Source: a virus
Taxonomy: Duplodnaviria > Caudoviricetes
Virus record (IMG/VR): IMGVR_UViG_2595698902_000001
Span: 32,001 to 96,000 of that record
Reading direction: 5' to 3' (one strand)
Length of the DNA stretch: 64,000 nucleotides
Shown: piece after piece, positions 39,201 to 48,481 of the stretch
Position numbering within the stretch: the stretch's first letter is position 1
Layout: each line of letters opens with the position of its first letter
The notes under the pieces: generated by a model
Seen by the model: the letters and a program-made list of their open reading frames with translations, nothing else
Database searches by the model: none
What the model was told of the DNA's origin: nothing
Position numbers and translations under genes: made by a program

Positions 39201-42200
39201 AGGTTGTGCGATTCGTCAATTGCCACGTAGGTCGGAGCAATACGGCGAATCATTTCGAGGTTTTGCGACAGACGAATCTGCGTAGAACCTACGCTGACTT
39301 TTACGGTACGGCCACCGATGAAAGTCATGGAAGTGATGAAAATGGTGTTTGGTGGAGCGGCCAGAGCAGCTTCCATCAGACGTTTTTCGCCCCAACGCTT
39401 GAGCGTACCGGCGGTAATCGGGAACGGGTTCCAGTTAGAGCCGAGGAAATACTTCATTTCATCACACCACGTCGGCACCAGACCGTTCGGGCAGATGATC
39501 AACGGAACCACTTTAGCGCCACCAGCCGCCGCCATATCCTGCATCAGGCAGGTAATGTCGATAACGCCTTGACCGGTTTTACCGCCGCCCGGAGCCACCG
39601 CAATAATTGCGAAGCTTGGCGGATTTTCTTTACGCAGATAACGCTGAATATCTTCTTGGTGCGGGAAGATTGCGCGAGCATCTTTGGTTTCCAGACCGGG
39701 AACCTTGATATCGTCGGCGCTGAAAGATTCGTCGGGTTGAATCGACTTCACTTGCGCTTCCGCTTCCGCGAAAATGGTTTCAGAATTCGGTGCGTATTTG
39801 CCGAGCATCAGGGAGAACGGCAGAACATCACGGAAAATCTGAGTGTTCGTTTGCGGGTGCAGCTGTGGAACGATATGACGCGAACCTTCCTGATCCGGCC
39901 ACGGACCGAAATCGAGGTTTACATCAGCGCCTTTTGCATCCAGCCAGTGCTCTTGCGGAACGCTGTTAATTGCGTCCAGCATTTGCTTGTAAACCTGACC
40001 GCCGAAATAGGTGAACAGTTTCGCGAAATCAGCAGTAGTCGAAGACGACGCACGGAAATAGTTCGGGTGATTTTCCAATTCGTCTTCAACTTCAATCGAA
40101 GTCGGAACGGTGTCGGCAGTTTTCAGCGAATCGTAGGTTTCTTTCCAGATGAAAGTACCTTGCTTGCCCGACGCTGCGTCAACAGCCGCAAAGAACAAAC
40201 TGTTGATAACCGATTGAGGTTCGTGCGAGAACCGTTCGATTACAGTGCCGTCTTCATTCAGGAAAGTTTTGTAACGGGTGAGGGCGTCGTGGCCTTCGGT
40301 CGGCAGTTTGGTGTAACCGAGGTTGCGCATTGCGGCTGCCAAAAGTTCCGGCAATTGCGGAACAATTTTATCACCGTAAGCGACACGCATATACGCACGT
40401 TGCAGACCAACGAAAACTGGCGCATTGGTGAATTTTGTTGCTTCGCCCAGCGAACCGTAAACCATTTCTGCTTGTGCGTAAGCAGCCATAGTGTGGTCAG
40501 GACGGTTAATGGTGAACATCGCTTGCGCAAAAGTACGCTTTACCGGACGCTCGCCTTCCTTCGCCATGTTGTAACCGAGCCAATCCGCAATTGCCAGCGA
40601 ATCAGTGCTAACGGCGCCAACTTGGTGAGTGGTGGTAACGGCGCCAGCAGTTTTACCTGCTACGGCATTCAAACCAAAGTCCCAGTCGTAACCGAGAGTA
40701 CAGCCGTTAAAACCTTCGATTTGAGCACGCAGTTTTTCCAGACGTTCCAATTCCTGCGGATCGACATGCGGCCAGAATGCAGCATACGGCGACCGCATAT
40801 AGGCAGCAACGGTCATTTCGTTGCGAGCGATAATGTCGAGGAATTCGTCCGAAATTCGTTCGTGCTCTTCGGACAGTTTACTTTTGGTCAGAGTTTCCGC
40901 GTCTGGACGAACACTCAGAGTACCGTTGCTCTGAATGAACATACCGTCAGCGTTACCCTTGGTTTTTTCAACCGAGAATCCGTTTTGCGCACGCAGCGCC
41001 GGAATCTTTTTCAGGGTAGAGGCGCTGGTGGTGTAGCGCGGAATGTTTTCGATCTTGATCGCTGCGGTGTTGTGCAGGTCGTAAGTGATCTTGGTTTTCT
41101 TCGCACGCATTACCTGCGAAATGTACACGCTAAACCATGCGTTTGCACGCGACAGGCTAACGGTTTCCGATTCGGCAGATTGCGTAACGAAATGCGCAAT
41201 ATCAGCTTCCAGCGTATAGCGAATTGCAGTGCGCAGGGTAACGTTCAGCAGTTCGGCTTCAAGCGCGATATGCTCAGGATCGTTTATCAGTTCGTTAATG
41301 CGACCGTTAATGGTGTGCGCACCGGCAGCATCATTGGTGGCGGCTTTGCGGGTTTCCCGCGCCAGTTCCTGCACTTTTCTGCTTGGCTGTTTCAGCACTT
41401 CAATTTGCAGGAATTGTTCTGCAAGCGGATTCGCCAAAACCATATCGGTAACAATGTCGCCGCCACTTGGCAGTTTAATGCCGGTGTGTTTCAGCCAGAT
41501 TGCTTCGATATCGGTAAACTTGGTGTCGATTGGAATGCCGCGATGAATCAACCGCTCGCTAACGGCAGTGGTGCCGAACAGGAAAACGTTGATTTCTTTT
41601 GCAGCTTCCAGAATAGCCAAACCTACCGGAGACTGCCAGCGACCACGACGACTATCGTTTACGAAATAGTTGTCTTTTCCACCTTCGCGCAGTTTGTGCT
41701 CAGGGTTGGTGTTTGCGTCTTCTTTACCAAAGAACGGCGCAGGCAAACCTTCTGCCGGGTCTTCACCGTCACCCATCATCACGATATCCAGACCGCCCGG
41801 ATAACGCTTAGAGCGCAGGATGGTATGGAAATCGGTTTCAGGACGGCGCGAAGCACGAACGAAGTTATCTACCTCGGTAAGGATCGATTTCGATTCGCGC
41901 TTGCCTTCAAAAATCTTGACGAAGATTTCCGAAATCAGACGTTCGCGTTGTTCCTCGTTGTAGCTCGACAGAGTGTTCGCGTAGAACATGCAGGCCCGCA
42001 TAAAGCGGAAAAACATGTTTACGTTGGACGTTACGTCGGCCAGCGATTCCAGAACAGGCAGCATGAAATCGCGGCCAGCCTTGGGGAAAAAGAACGATTC
42101 AAATTCGGCGTTACGCGATGGTTCCAGCGATACGGTACGCAGCGCTTTTACAAAGTTGGATGCGGTTTCCGACAAAGAACCTTTGCCTTCGCCGTCACCT

Positions 42201-42331
42201 TCATCGCCTTCGTCTTCCCCGTCGTCTTCATCAGAAGCCGCGAAAGCGTGATACAAATCTTCTTCCATTTCTTGTACTTGACCGCGCACGGCAGCGGCCA
42301 GCGGAGTCTCATTCCAGTTAGCACGTTTCAT
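36269..42331 (-). CDS. Very large SNF2/SF2-family helicase, probably virion-associated
   Basis: Likely start ATG 42331 (ATGA overlap), 2020 aa; FPHQ, APGGGKT, LIICP, IDESH, LLTGT, SEGHNLQ, WGPG...QTAARVWR. Confidence 0.85.
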   Translation of the reverse strand: MKRANWNETPLAAAVRGQVQEMEEDLYHAFAASDEDDGEDEGDEGDGEGKGSLSETASNFVKALRTVSLEPSRNAEFESFFFPKAGRDFMLPVLESLADVTSNVNMFFRFMRACMFYANTLSSYNEEQRERLISEIFVKIFEGKRESKSILTEVDNFVRASRRPETDFHTILRSKRYPGGLDIVMMGDGEDPAEGLPAPFFGKEDANTNPEHKLREGGKDNYFVNDSRRGRWQSPVGLAILEAAKEINVFLFGTTAVSERLIHRGIPIDTKFTDIEAIWLKHTGIKLPSGGDIVTDMVLANPLAEQFLQIEVLKQPSRKVQELARETRKAATNDAAGAHTINGRINELINDPEHIALEAELLNVTLRTAIRYTLEADIAHFVTQSAESETVSLSRANAWFSVYISQVMRAKKTKITYDLHNTAAIKIENIPRYTTSASTLKKIPALRAQNGFSVEKTKGNADGMFIQSNGTLSVRPDAETLTKSKLSEEHERISDEFLDIIARNEMTVAAYMRSPYAAFWPHVDPQELERLEKLRAQIEGFNGCTLGYDWDFGLNAVAGKTAGAVTTTHQVGAVSTDSLAIADWLGYNMAKEGERPVKRTFAQAMFTINRPDHTMAAYAQAEMVYGSLGEATKFTNAPVFVGLQRAYMRVAYGDKIVPQLPELLAAAMRNLGYTKLPTEGHDALTRYKTFLNEDGTVIERFSHEPQSVINSLFFAAVDAASGKQGTFIWKETYDSLKTADTVPTSIEVEDELENHPNYFRASSSTTADFAKLFTYFGGQVYKQMLDAINSVPQEHWLDAKGADVNLDFGPWPDQEGSRHIVPQLHPQTNTQIFRDVLPFSLMLGKYAPNSETIFAEAEAQVKSIQPDESFSADDIKVPGLETKDARAIFPHQEDIQRYLRKENPPSFAIIAVAPGGGKTGQGVIDITCLMQDMAAAGGAKVVPLIICPNGLVPTWCDEMKYFLGSNWNPFPITAGTLKRWGEKRLMEAALAAPPNTIFITSMTFIGGRTVKVSVGSTQIRLSQNLEMIRRIAPTYVAIDESHNLKNFTSARHRAVKALTTSTTVKWLRLLTGTIMPDRAKDIEGQIALKAPHVFRAGDIANINPNADAQESVVKAGDRVIGTFTPLNGKRAVDKLSNYISFIVKNKKDWAYMLPSAIESFHPVPMVDFDGVDGTTPAEIEQQRLHEELYKLVLKQTTEQIANLMIQKEKAEKAANKELDREVDRDSEDDGPAGDNKFEDNDEDFAGEHLSQKMWEKHLARFERLIIAPQYDPAFEEVFGDMGEGFVSRKASYIANLVHKHFNPDQWKRNKQYVELDLVEHNGQLYVARKYTDGEIRVKLPDSQIGLPPDENSEYWKAEPRGKLIIITRFNHSASAVYDALPPNYKDQAVKFTGDEPDKVKMFNQFKTDDKIQILIANEQGMSEGHNLQLASRMIRAEAPWGPGALNQTAARVWRPDAKGAIEAAKGTGGLTRDVVFLDWVLADNTMEVAKLARVISKTFGIARITEAANPLYQDLLNNAEVLTEKEDRRLSLSIEMLATTAGLRDEPFGDMVTNYKALNSVEAKEFAEMRAKNKAEMLVIEAAPNVAGAKEMEMRPFVPNMQVNDPHNWGLVNVEVLLRDKEFAADHVARMRTKPALTEWGTGKIVGFRLKKKGSKEISSIVVNLKNPPAGMDSRQNIPVSMCYMATNPVSPEHEAKYFDVSTDATNTEEERNNKRNIRLEKQRKAQEELEEKERKIREAQEKKDVSIIKKEKADGDKREENEKKGKPLNDGIYDTGGVIKIGGGKKLKPTDDPNMGVMQEEVEDEELEYEDEEVASISLHPAYYHGFATLEAMMETEQEVSLKEFGFKHTPAYAYITVNNKKKFHTIYEWFYDNFEVDTRFNTLFEKLNSAFETGTKNTHKLWYSLELAPVSELPAFFAVQKRMSSNRKAVRVFPIFTEEHVMLCVDIRTNPAIVKHIGKAIPGGGVKWQRSDGEWMYFGKNKTDLRSKINEVARNVTVSNKEQAIKELTEINFKYKTR

Positions 42332-42744
42332 TCGGAAGCCTCTGAGAAAATTCCACCTTGTTGGATAAGAACGGTCCACACGGAACTCGGTTTGCGTTTG
42401 TGTTCCTGTGCAATTCGCACAAGCGCACGGCAAATCGCTACGCGGACATGTGGGTCGCGTTCATCGCTGAGGGTGTCGGCGGTGTAGTGTGCGTAAAGGT
42501 TATTGTAGATTTGTTTACTGAGCTGTTGATACAGCGCCTCTACCACTTCCTCCATATCGAAGGTAGGCGGTGGCAGTTCAGGAACATAATCGGCGTAACG
42601 TTCCTCGGCCAAATCCTGAATGGTGTTACGCAGGCCTTCAACGATTGGCAAAATTGCCGAAAGTTTTTGGGCAGCGTCCGCATTGCCTTTTTTGATAATT
42701 GCCAAGACAGATTCAACACTGTCTAGCGCGGAACTATGACTCAT
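42328..42744 (-). CDS. Hypothetical protein
   Basis: Likely start ATG 42744 (GGAG RBS, ATGA overlap). Confidence 0.6.
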   Translation of the reverse strand: MSHSSALDSVESVLAIIKKGNADAAQKLSAILPIVEGLRNTIQDLAEERYADYVPELPPPTFDMEEVVEALYQQLSKQIYNNLYAHYTADTLSDERDPHVRVAICRALVRIAQEHKRKPSSVWTVLIQQGGIFSEASE

Positions 42745-43427
42745 TGTAAGTCTCCAATAGATGCCCGTCGCCACACGGCAAAGAGGGTTTGTTTTAGATC
42801 AGGATAATTAGGCAGCTCCACGTCGAAATACACTTCGTAGAACAACGCCAAGTTATCGCTTTTTAGTCGAGCGATACTGATTTTGTAGTCGCGCCCTAAT
42901 GCAACGGAAACCTTATCCCATTCTTTAACGTCTCGCACCTTTGACGGGTGGCGATCTTTGTAAACGGTTGTGGCTTTTCCATCCTTTATCGCTCTGCTGG
43001 CAGTAAGCTTTAGGGATTGAGGTACTTCTTTCAGCACCTTGACCGAGGCCATACGCTCCAGCAAATGATTTAAGGAAAACCGTTGCGCTTTCAATCGCGC
43101 ATTGCCGCGCACAATGAAACGTTTAGCGACATTGGTTAAACCGTCGCTTTCGATTTCGATATCAAACGTGTGCTTTTGGGGCACCAGATGGTACAAAAGG
43201 AACTTAGAATGCAAGGCATTGCTAAACTCCGTATACCTCTTATTTACAGAAAAGAAATTGCGCAGGTCGTACAGGCATTTGGTTCGGGAACCAGCCTGAG
43301 TCAGCAAAATGCGAAAGCACTCCGACAAAACCTTTTCATCAAGTTTCTTAGTCGCAGGCAATTCCGTAAAAGCTTCCCACGCTTCTTTGAAGTCGGTGTT
43401 AATGTCGGAGGGTATTTTTCGCTTCAT
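42741..43427 (-). CDS. Hypothetical basic protein
   Basis: 228 aa ORF. Confidence 0.6.
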   Translation of the reverse strand: MKRKIPSDINTDFKEAWEAFTELPATKKLDEKVLSECFRILLTQAGSRTKCLYDLRNFFSVNKRYTEFSNALHSKFLLYHLVPQKHTFDIEIESDGLTNVAKRFIVRGNARLKAQRFSLNHLLERMASVKVLKEVPQSLKLTASRAIKDGKATTVYKDRHPSKVRDVKEWDKVSVALGRDYKISIARLKSDNLALFYEVYFDVELPNYPDLKQTLFAVWRRASIGDLQ

Positions 43428-43761
43428 CTTTTTTCTTCTTTGCCAGAATTAGATGCTTAGAATTCCTACTCGACGCACATTGCGCGTGGCAGTCAGCGCA
43501 AAGGGTGCGCAGGTTCGCCATTATGGATAATCCGCCCTTGGCTACCGAGCGAATATGGTCTACCTGCAAATAGGACGTGGCCGGGCAACGTGTGCATTTG
43601 TAGCCATCACGTTTCAGAACTTTTTCACGGAGCGCCATCCAATCGCCAAACGATCCGTAGGCCTGTTCTTTCGTGCGGCGTACCTTCGCGACAACCTTGG
43701 CTTTACCCGGAGAAGAAATCACACTTTTTACACGCTTGGGCGCCACACGTTTTCTTTGCAT
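43399..43761 (-). CDS. HNH endonuclease
   Basis: W..LR..VLKRDGYKCTRC...LQVDHI....GG....NLRTLCADCH. Confidence 0.92.
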   Translation of the reverse strand: MQRKRVAPKRVKSVISSPGKAKVVAKVRRTKEQAYGSFGDWMALREKVLKRDGYKCTRCPATSYLQVDHIRSVAKGGLSIMANLRTLCADCHAQCASSRNSKHLILAKKKKDEAKNTLRH

Positions 43762-44528
43762 TACATGAGTACCTTGTTAATGCGGTCCACGGCTTTGGCG
43801 TAATCCTGAGTCAGCATTTCTGCGGCTTCACCTACAGAGTTTTTCAGCTTTTTCAGAATCTCTTCGCGCACGTCTTCGTCTGCGACGAACTTAGTCAAAG
43901 CGCCGTGCATGTGGAAATAAATGTTAGTGAATTGCTGCGCCACTTCCATATGGTATGGCTTGAGCACACTCACTTCCATCTGTTGAACTTGGGCCGTGAT
44001 ATCCCGCGATGCGCGCAGGTCGGCGATCACTTCGCGAATCTGAGAATAAATGGTGTTAAGCGCATAAACGTCTTTGTTGTAAATGCGATCTTCCATTTGC
44101 TCTTCAAGGCGCGTAGCCAGACTTACCAGCTGCTCAAAAATCCGACGTGTTTCTTCATCGAATTCATCAACAGGCGCTGGCAGTGCTGCATACTCTTCGA
44201 TTGCCTCGACAAGCATTTGCTTACCTTTCCCGGCTTTCTTGAGTGCAGCAGGCGAAGCAGGCACAAGGTCTTTGACCTCTTTCAAAACGGTGCCGTCTTT
44301 CGACTTCTTTTTCTTTTTCTTTTCGGTAGGTTCCTGTCCAACCTTGTAGGTATTATCCTCAATGGTGAACGGCTCTTTTGCTTCTACCTTTTTCTTTTTC
44401 TTTTTCAGGTTCTTGCCACGGCTACCTTCCTCGGCATCGCGGTTGCGGAACTTGCCACGCTCGTCTACACCGTCGTCATCGCCGCCACGAACGGAAATAG
44501 GTTTTACGGCAGAACTTTTCTTAGCCAT
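43761..44528 (-). CDS. Hypothetical protein (Lys-rich N-terminus, helical C-terminus)
   Basis: Likely start ATG 44528, since the track's GTC/TTG extension runs into the terminator. Confidence 0.6.
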   Translation of the reverse strand: MAKKSSAVKPISVRGGDDDGVDERGKFRNRDAEEGSRGKNLKKKKKKVEAKEPFTIEDNTYKVGQEPTEKKKKKKSKDGTVLKEVKDLVPASPAALKKAGKGKQMLVEAIEEYAALPAPVDEFDEETRRIFEQLVSLATRLEEQMEDRIYNKDVYALNTIYSQIREVIADLRASRDITAQVQQMEVSVLKPYHMEVAQQFTNIYFHMHGALTKFVADEDVREEILKKLKNSVGEAAEMLTQDYAKAVDRINKVLM

Positions 44529-44550
44529 AACTTTCCCCACCACAACAGAC

Positions 44551-44574
44551 AAAAGGGGACCGAAGCCCCCTTTT
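44551..44574 (-). terminator. Rho-independent terminator with cUUCGg loop
   Basis: AAAAGGGGGC-TTCG-GTCCCC-TTTT. Confidence 0.85.
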
Positions 44575-44588
44575 GTATATTGCGAAGC

Positions 44589-45449
44589 TTAGAAGAACAC
44601 GTAAGAACGAACGCGATCCATGAACGCTTGGAAGTAAGCAGGACGGCGAGCGAAAACGCGGCTGTAGAAAGCTTGGAAACGGTCAACGTCGGCAGCGGCA
44701 GCGGTTGCTACAACTTCGCCAGCTTCCTGCACGTCTTCTTCTTCCAGATGGTCAGCGCCAGCGATAGCAACGATCATTTCGCGGTGAACCATTTCTTTCT
44801 GACCGTTCGGACGAACAACCATGATATCCGGGGTTGGCGAACCGTCGTGATTGTCTACGGCAGCGGCAGCAAATGCCATTTGCATATCGCAGGATTGCTG
44901 CGAAACGTAGAAAATCAAATCGCCGCCCTGTACCATTGCGCGATCCTGAGCGGATTGCAGGTGCAGGTTTTTGTTGTTGAAATCGTTGTGGTCGGTCGAA
45001 GCGCAAGCCAGCAGGTTTTGCATGATTTGCAGATCGTCGGTGCCAACGGCTTTAACCATGACTTCGCCGGTTGCGGTTTTACGCAGTGCCCACAGCGATT
45101 CGGCTTCGCCATCCATCATGTACATGTTGGCGGCAACAGCTTTGAATTTGTCGCGGTTATTGTCGTTGTAAACAACGCGCTCGGAAACCACACCGACAAT
45201 ACCTTCAAACACATGCTTGGCGGCGTCGGTCGCCAGAGTCATGAAGGAACCCGGAATCGGAGTAATGCCTTTGAATTGTTGGCGAATGCCTTCAAAGACT
45301 TGCTCTTTGGTTGCGTTTGCAGAAGCGGTTGCAACGATACGCATAAAGCGATCATCAACTTCAAACGCTTCACGAATATCAACTTTGGTTACAGCGGTTT
45401 TAGCCGAAGTTACGAGGGCAGCTTGGGCTTTGGAAGCATTGAACGACAT
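44589..45449 (-). CDS. Putative abundant head/core protein
   Basis: 286 aa with its own TAATTTA element (45478-45484) and terminator, GGAG RBS, highly biased codons, several AxA(S/A) motifs. Confidence 0.55.
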   Translation of the reverse strand: MSFNASKAQAALVTSAKTAVTKVDIREAFEVDDRFMRIVATASANATKEQVFEGIRQQFKGITPIPGSFMTLATDAAKHVFEGIVGVVSERVVYNDNNRDKFKAVAANMYMMDGEAESLWALRKTATGEVMVKAVGTDDLQIMQNLLACASTDHNDFNNKNLHLQSAQDRAMVQGGDLIFYVSQQSCDMQMAFAAAAVDNHDGSPTPDIMVVRPNGQKEMVHREMIVAIAGADHLEEEDVQEAGEVVATAAAADVDRFQAFYSRVFARRPAYFQAFMDRVRSYVFF

Positions 45450-45476
45450 AGGAATGTCTCCAGTTGGTTATATCAG

Positions 45477-46340
45477 TTAAATTACGAATTGTTTTAATTC
45501 AGCGTTCCACAAGTGTTTGAATTCATCACGAATAACAAACACCATCTTGCCACGCGGCAGGCCGGTTGTGTCCTTTGCTTCGGGGCTATGGAACGCATCG
45601 CTGTACAACTCACATCCAATTACCGTTCCCAGTTTGGCCTGAGATAGGATATCGCTTTTAGTAATCGGGTCCAGCATGGTTGCAAACAGATCAGAACCTA
45701 GAATGCTTGACCATGCGTCCGCATGAACCAAAACGTATTTGGATTTGCAGGCAAAACCCATCACGTATGCAGGCTCGGTTTCAATAAGTTCTACGTCAAG
45801 CTGTACGCCGTGAGTCATGGCTTCGGGCAACCGTTTAAAGTATTCCGAATTCGCTATTTCTTCCTGAACTGGGGTTGTCTCAGGAACGTCGTGCTTAGCC
45901 GCATGGTGCGGAACAAAAATCACTTTGCCTTGCGTTTCAGGCGAATGATCTTTCAGGTGCGGCGGCAGAAAGGCATCTGTGTAAACGCGACAATTGGCCA
46001 GCGTGCCTACGCTGCCATCCAGCACTAAATCGTAACGGGTGATCGGATCAAGCAAATAGGCCCAGTGATTCATGCTTGCGATGCTCGCCCACGCACTATT
46101 ATGGATGAGAACATAAGCAGCTTCTGCAAGATAAGGAAGCGCTTTATCGGGGTTGTCGAAAACGTTTTCGTCTACAATCTCGCCGTGCTCCAAAGCCTCT
46201 TGCAGCCTTACGAAATACTCACAGCCTGCCTGCTGTTCATCATCCGTCGTGTATTGCTTCGTCGGATGTTTTGCGGCAGTGGCCTCAAGCAGTTGCACAA
46301 TTTTTTCACGCAATTCTTCGTTACAAGGATGCTCGCTCAT
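45477..46340 (-). CDS. Protein made of two tandem copies of a major-capsid-protein segment
   Basis: WSSILGSDLFATMLDPITKSDILSQAKLGTVIGCELYSDAF and WASIASMNHWAYLLDPITRYDLVLDGSVGTLANCRVYTDAF vs MCP WSDIIGSNDFATMLDPITKYDLALNGQLGTLVGLTLLTDGF. Confidence 0.85.
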   Translation of the reverse strand: MSEHPCNEELREKIVQLLEATAAKHPTKQYTTDDEQQAGCEYFVRLQEALEHGEIVDENVFDNPDKALPYLAEAAYVLIHNSAWASIASMNHWAYLLDPITRYDLVLDGSVGTLANCRVYTDAFLPPHLKDHSPETQGKVIFVPHHAAKHDVPETTPVQEEIANSEYFKRLPEAMTHGVQLDVELIETEPAYVMGFACKSKYVLVHADAWSSILGSDLFATMLDPITKSDILSQAKLGTVIGCELYSDAFHSPEAKDTTGLPRGKMVFVIRDEFKHLWNAELKQFVI

Positions 46341-46367
46341 TTATTAAAACCCCATGTCATTTTAGTT

Positions 46368-47582
46368 TTAGAAGAAATTGCGGAAGAAACCGCCAGTAGA
46401 GCCACGGCCCGGATATCCCGGCAAACGCGTCATTGGTGTATTGGAAACACCCAATACGCCGAACGCTCGGCTGGAATCAATGAAGCCTCCGCCTGCGCCA
46501 CCATCGCCACCCAAAATGCCAGCACGACCCAGCAGTTTTTTGTATGGCTTTACCTGCGATTCAATTTGCGCATCGATACGACCCAGTGCGCTTTCGAGTG
46601 CAGGCGTGCGGTCTACGTTTAAGCTAACCGTTTGACCGCCGAAATCAAATGCTAACGAACCCTCTGCCAAGTTCTGCGAACCCAGCGCGTAAATTGCGGA
46701 ACAGGTCAACCAGCAATCAAGCAAAGCACCCTGCATATTCGTGCCGGTGAAATTCGTGATATTTGGTTGCAGACTGTTGAAGAAACTCAAGCCACGGCTC
46801 AAGTATTCCATGAGGTCGGATTGCGTGTATTCCAATTCAGGAATGATATTCGCAACTCGCGCCCGGTTAATGTAATCCTCAAGCTGGCGCGCAGCTGTAA
46901 GGATTTGCGGAGTAATCATCCACACTTTGTAGGTCAGCGTGGTTTTCGCCAGCTTGCGCGCAGGCGTATGATCAACCAGCAAAGTCAGCGGGAACATTTG
47001 CGCTTTACCTATCACGGTCGGCATATCAATAACGGTGCGCTTTGCTTGCGCTTCCACCTTGATTTGCGGATCGGTAACATCCCAATCGTTAAAGATCGTT
47101 TTGTTGTTGTAGAAAAGCGAAACGGTAAGGGAATCTCCCTCTTTTCCCGGCTTGGCTTTAATCCCATTTTTGAAGTCTGCGGGAGTCGCGGCAACAGGCG
47201 GTTTGTATTTGATCGGCACGGTCAATTGCATACGGGTATCACGCCCGCACAAAACAACCAGATCAGAGTCCCGCCCTAATGTCGCCGGTTCAACTGTGAT
47301 TTTTGTTCGCGCCTGATGGTGCCCATCCTGTCCTTGGAAAGTCCAGCGCGCAACTAAATCAACAGAGTCCCGCAAATCCATGTTGGGGATTGGCAAATCT
47401 GCCATCCATACGCCCGGCTGCGTGGCGTGGTTTTTGGCGTAGACCTCGGCAATCACGGATTTATCAACGTCAAACAATCGTACTAACGGCGCGGGGCTAT
47501 CCTCTGCCGGTAATACAGGATCGTCAAAATCGTCAAAGAATTCTTCTGTGATTGTGCATGTAGTGCCTTCGTAAACACTCAT
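46368..47582 (-). CDS. Putative neck / head-tail adaptor protein
   Basis: C-terminal helical region (YTQSDLMEYLSRGLSFFN..P; FDFGGQTVSLNVDR...L) typical of myovirus neck proteins; Gly-rich tail. Confidence 0.55.
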   Translation of the reverse strand: MSVYEGTTCTITEEFFDDFDDPVLPAEDSPAPLVRLFDVDKSVIAEVYAKNHATQPGVWMADLPIPNMDLRDSVDLVARWTFQGQDGHHQARTKITVEPATLGRDSDLVVLCGRDTRMQLTVPIKYKPPVAATPADFKNGIKAKPGKEGDSLTVSLFYNNKTIFNDWDVTDPQIKVEAQAKRTVIDMPTVIGKAQMFPLTLLVDHTPARKLAKTTLTYKVWMITPQILTAARQLEDYINRARVANIIPELEYTQSDLMEYLSRGLSFFNSLQPNITNFTGTNMQGALLDCWLTCSAIYALGSQNLAEGSLAFDFGGQTVSLNVDRTPALESALGRIDAQIESQVKPYKKLLGRAGILGGDGGAGGGFIDSSRAFGVLGVSNTPMTRLPGYPGRGSTGGFFRNFF

Positions 47583-48481
47583 TAGTCAATCACCCCTTGC
47601 GCCAACTTATTCGTCAGCGTTTCGATATCATGCAAAGCGGAATCATCCAGCGGCAATAGGCTCACCAATCCAGTTTCATCCGGCCCCACTTGGTTTTGCA
47701 CGTAACGCAACAGGAATTGGCGGATATTATCCTTTGCCTCTTCCTCATACTTTTCGTAGTATTTGCTACGGCGCCGCATGGGCAGATTCGGTGCAATGTA
47801 GCGGACATAGTATTCAGTGAATTTCGGTGTCCATTCTACCTGCAACAAATCCGGCATTCGTTTCCAGAAATCCAGAACGTATTTCCAGTCGGGCATTGCG
47901 GTGTAAAACATTGCCCGAGGGATGTTCTGCCGTAGAAACTTGGTTGCCGTTAAATCTACGCCACCACTGAATTCTCGCATGGAACGAATCACGGCTTTTG
48001 TGTAGCCGCCAGCGATATCAAAAAGATAACGCTGGTCGCGTTCCATCATTTGCTGCATACGCGCTCTGGTCAGCACAACCATCGGAATGGAAATGCTAAT
48101 GAATTCGTCCGATTGTACGTCGGTCGGTCCCCAAATTGCGGTGTACCCGCGCAGCCATGCGACATGCGCAGCTTTTGCAGCTTCGTTACGCTGAGTCCGG
48201 GCAAACGTGAAAACTAGACCAGTACGGCGCACATTCGCGGGCGGCAAATCAACTAGGCCGACGCTAGTGTTTGTGTACTGGCTCCAAACGTTCACTAGGG
48301 TAAACGTCGTTTTCGTCAAGAATGCTAACGGAGTTTTTCGCAATTGTTCCTCAAGGTAATCGAGGACCATTTTGATATCGATCAGGTAACGATCAGTGTT
48401 GTAAGTGGTGATGTAGCGGTCGCCACCGTAGGGCCATGCCGAAAGACGGAAATCTAACGGCATGGGAATGTAGATTTTCAC
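47582..48481 (-). CDS. Hypothetical protein, probably structural
   Basis: 299 aa in a late operon. Confidence 0.55.
   Translation of the reverse strand: MKIYIPMPLDFRLSAWPYGGDRYITTYNTDRYLIDIKMVLDYLEEQLRKTPLAFLTKTTFTLVNVWSQYTNTSVGLVDLPPANVRRTGLVFTFARTQRNEAAKAAHVAWLRGYTAIWGPTDVQSDEFISISIPMVVLTRARMQQMMERDQRYLFDIAGGYTKAVIRSMREFSGGVDLTATKFLRQNIPRAMFYTAMPDWKYVLDFWKRMPDLLQVEWTPKFTEYYVRYIAPNLPMRRRSKYYEKYEEEAKDNIRQFLLRYVQNQVGPDETGLVSLLPLDDSALHDIETLTNKLAQGVID

Noticed and set aside
42331-42433. N-terminal extensions in the ORF track (also 7330-7420, 11379-11424, 14482-14560, 19353-19410, 21761-21815, 56048-56258)
   Set aside because: They overlap upstream genes or terminators; downstream ATGs have an RBS or ATGA/TAATG coupling.
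36734-42487. 1917-aa plus-strand ORF (and others such as 19431-21692, 21785-24055, 26694-28505, 43590-45497, 61389-63092)
   Set aside because: They are in-register antisense shadows of well-supported minus-strand genes with biased codon usage; they show no motifs, no RBS and atypical composition.
43241-43249. Additional CTGTAAATA match
   Set aside because: Intragenic, lacks the leading A and has no gene start at the typical 27-35 nt spacing.
43399-43761. HNH gene as an intron-encoded homing endonuclease
   Set aside because: It does not interrupt a gene, and no intron-sized non-coding flanks exist; it is translationally coupled within an operon.
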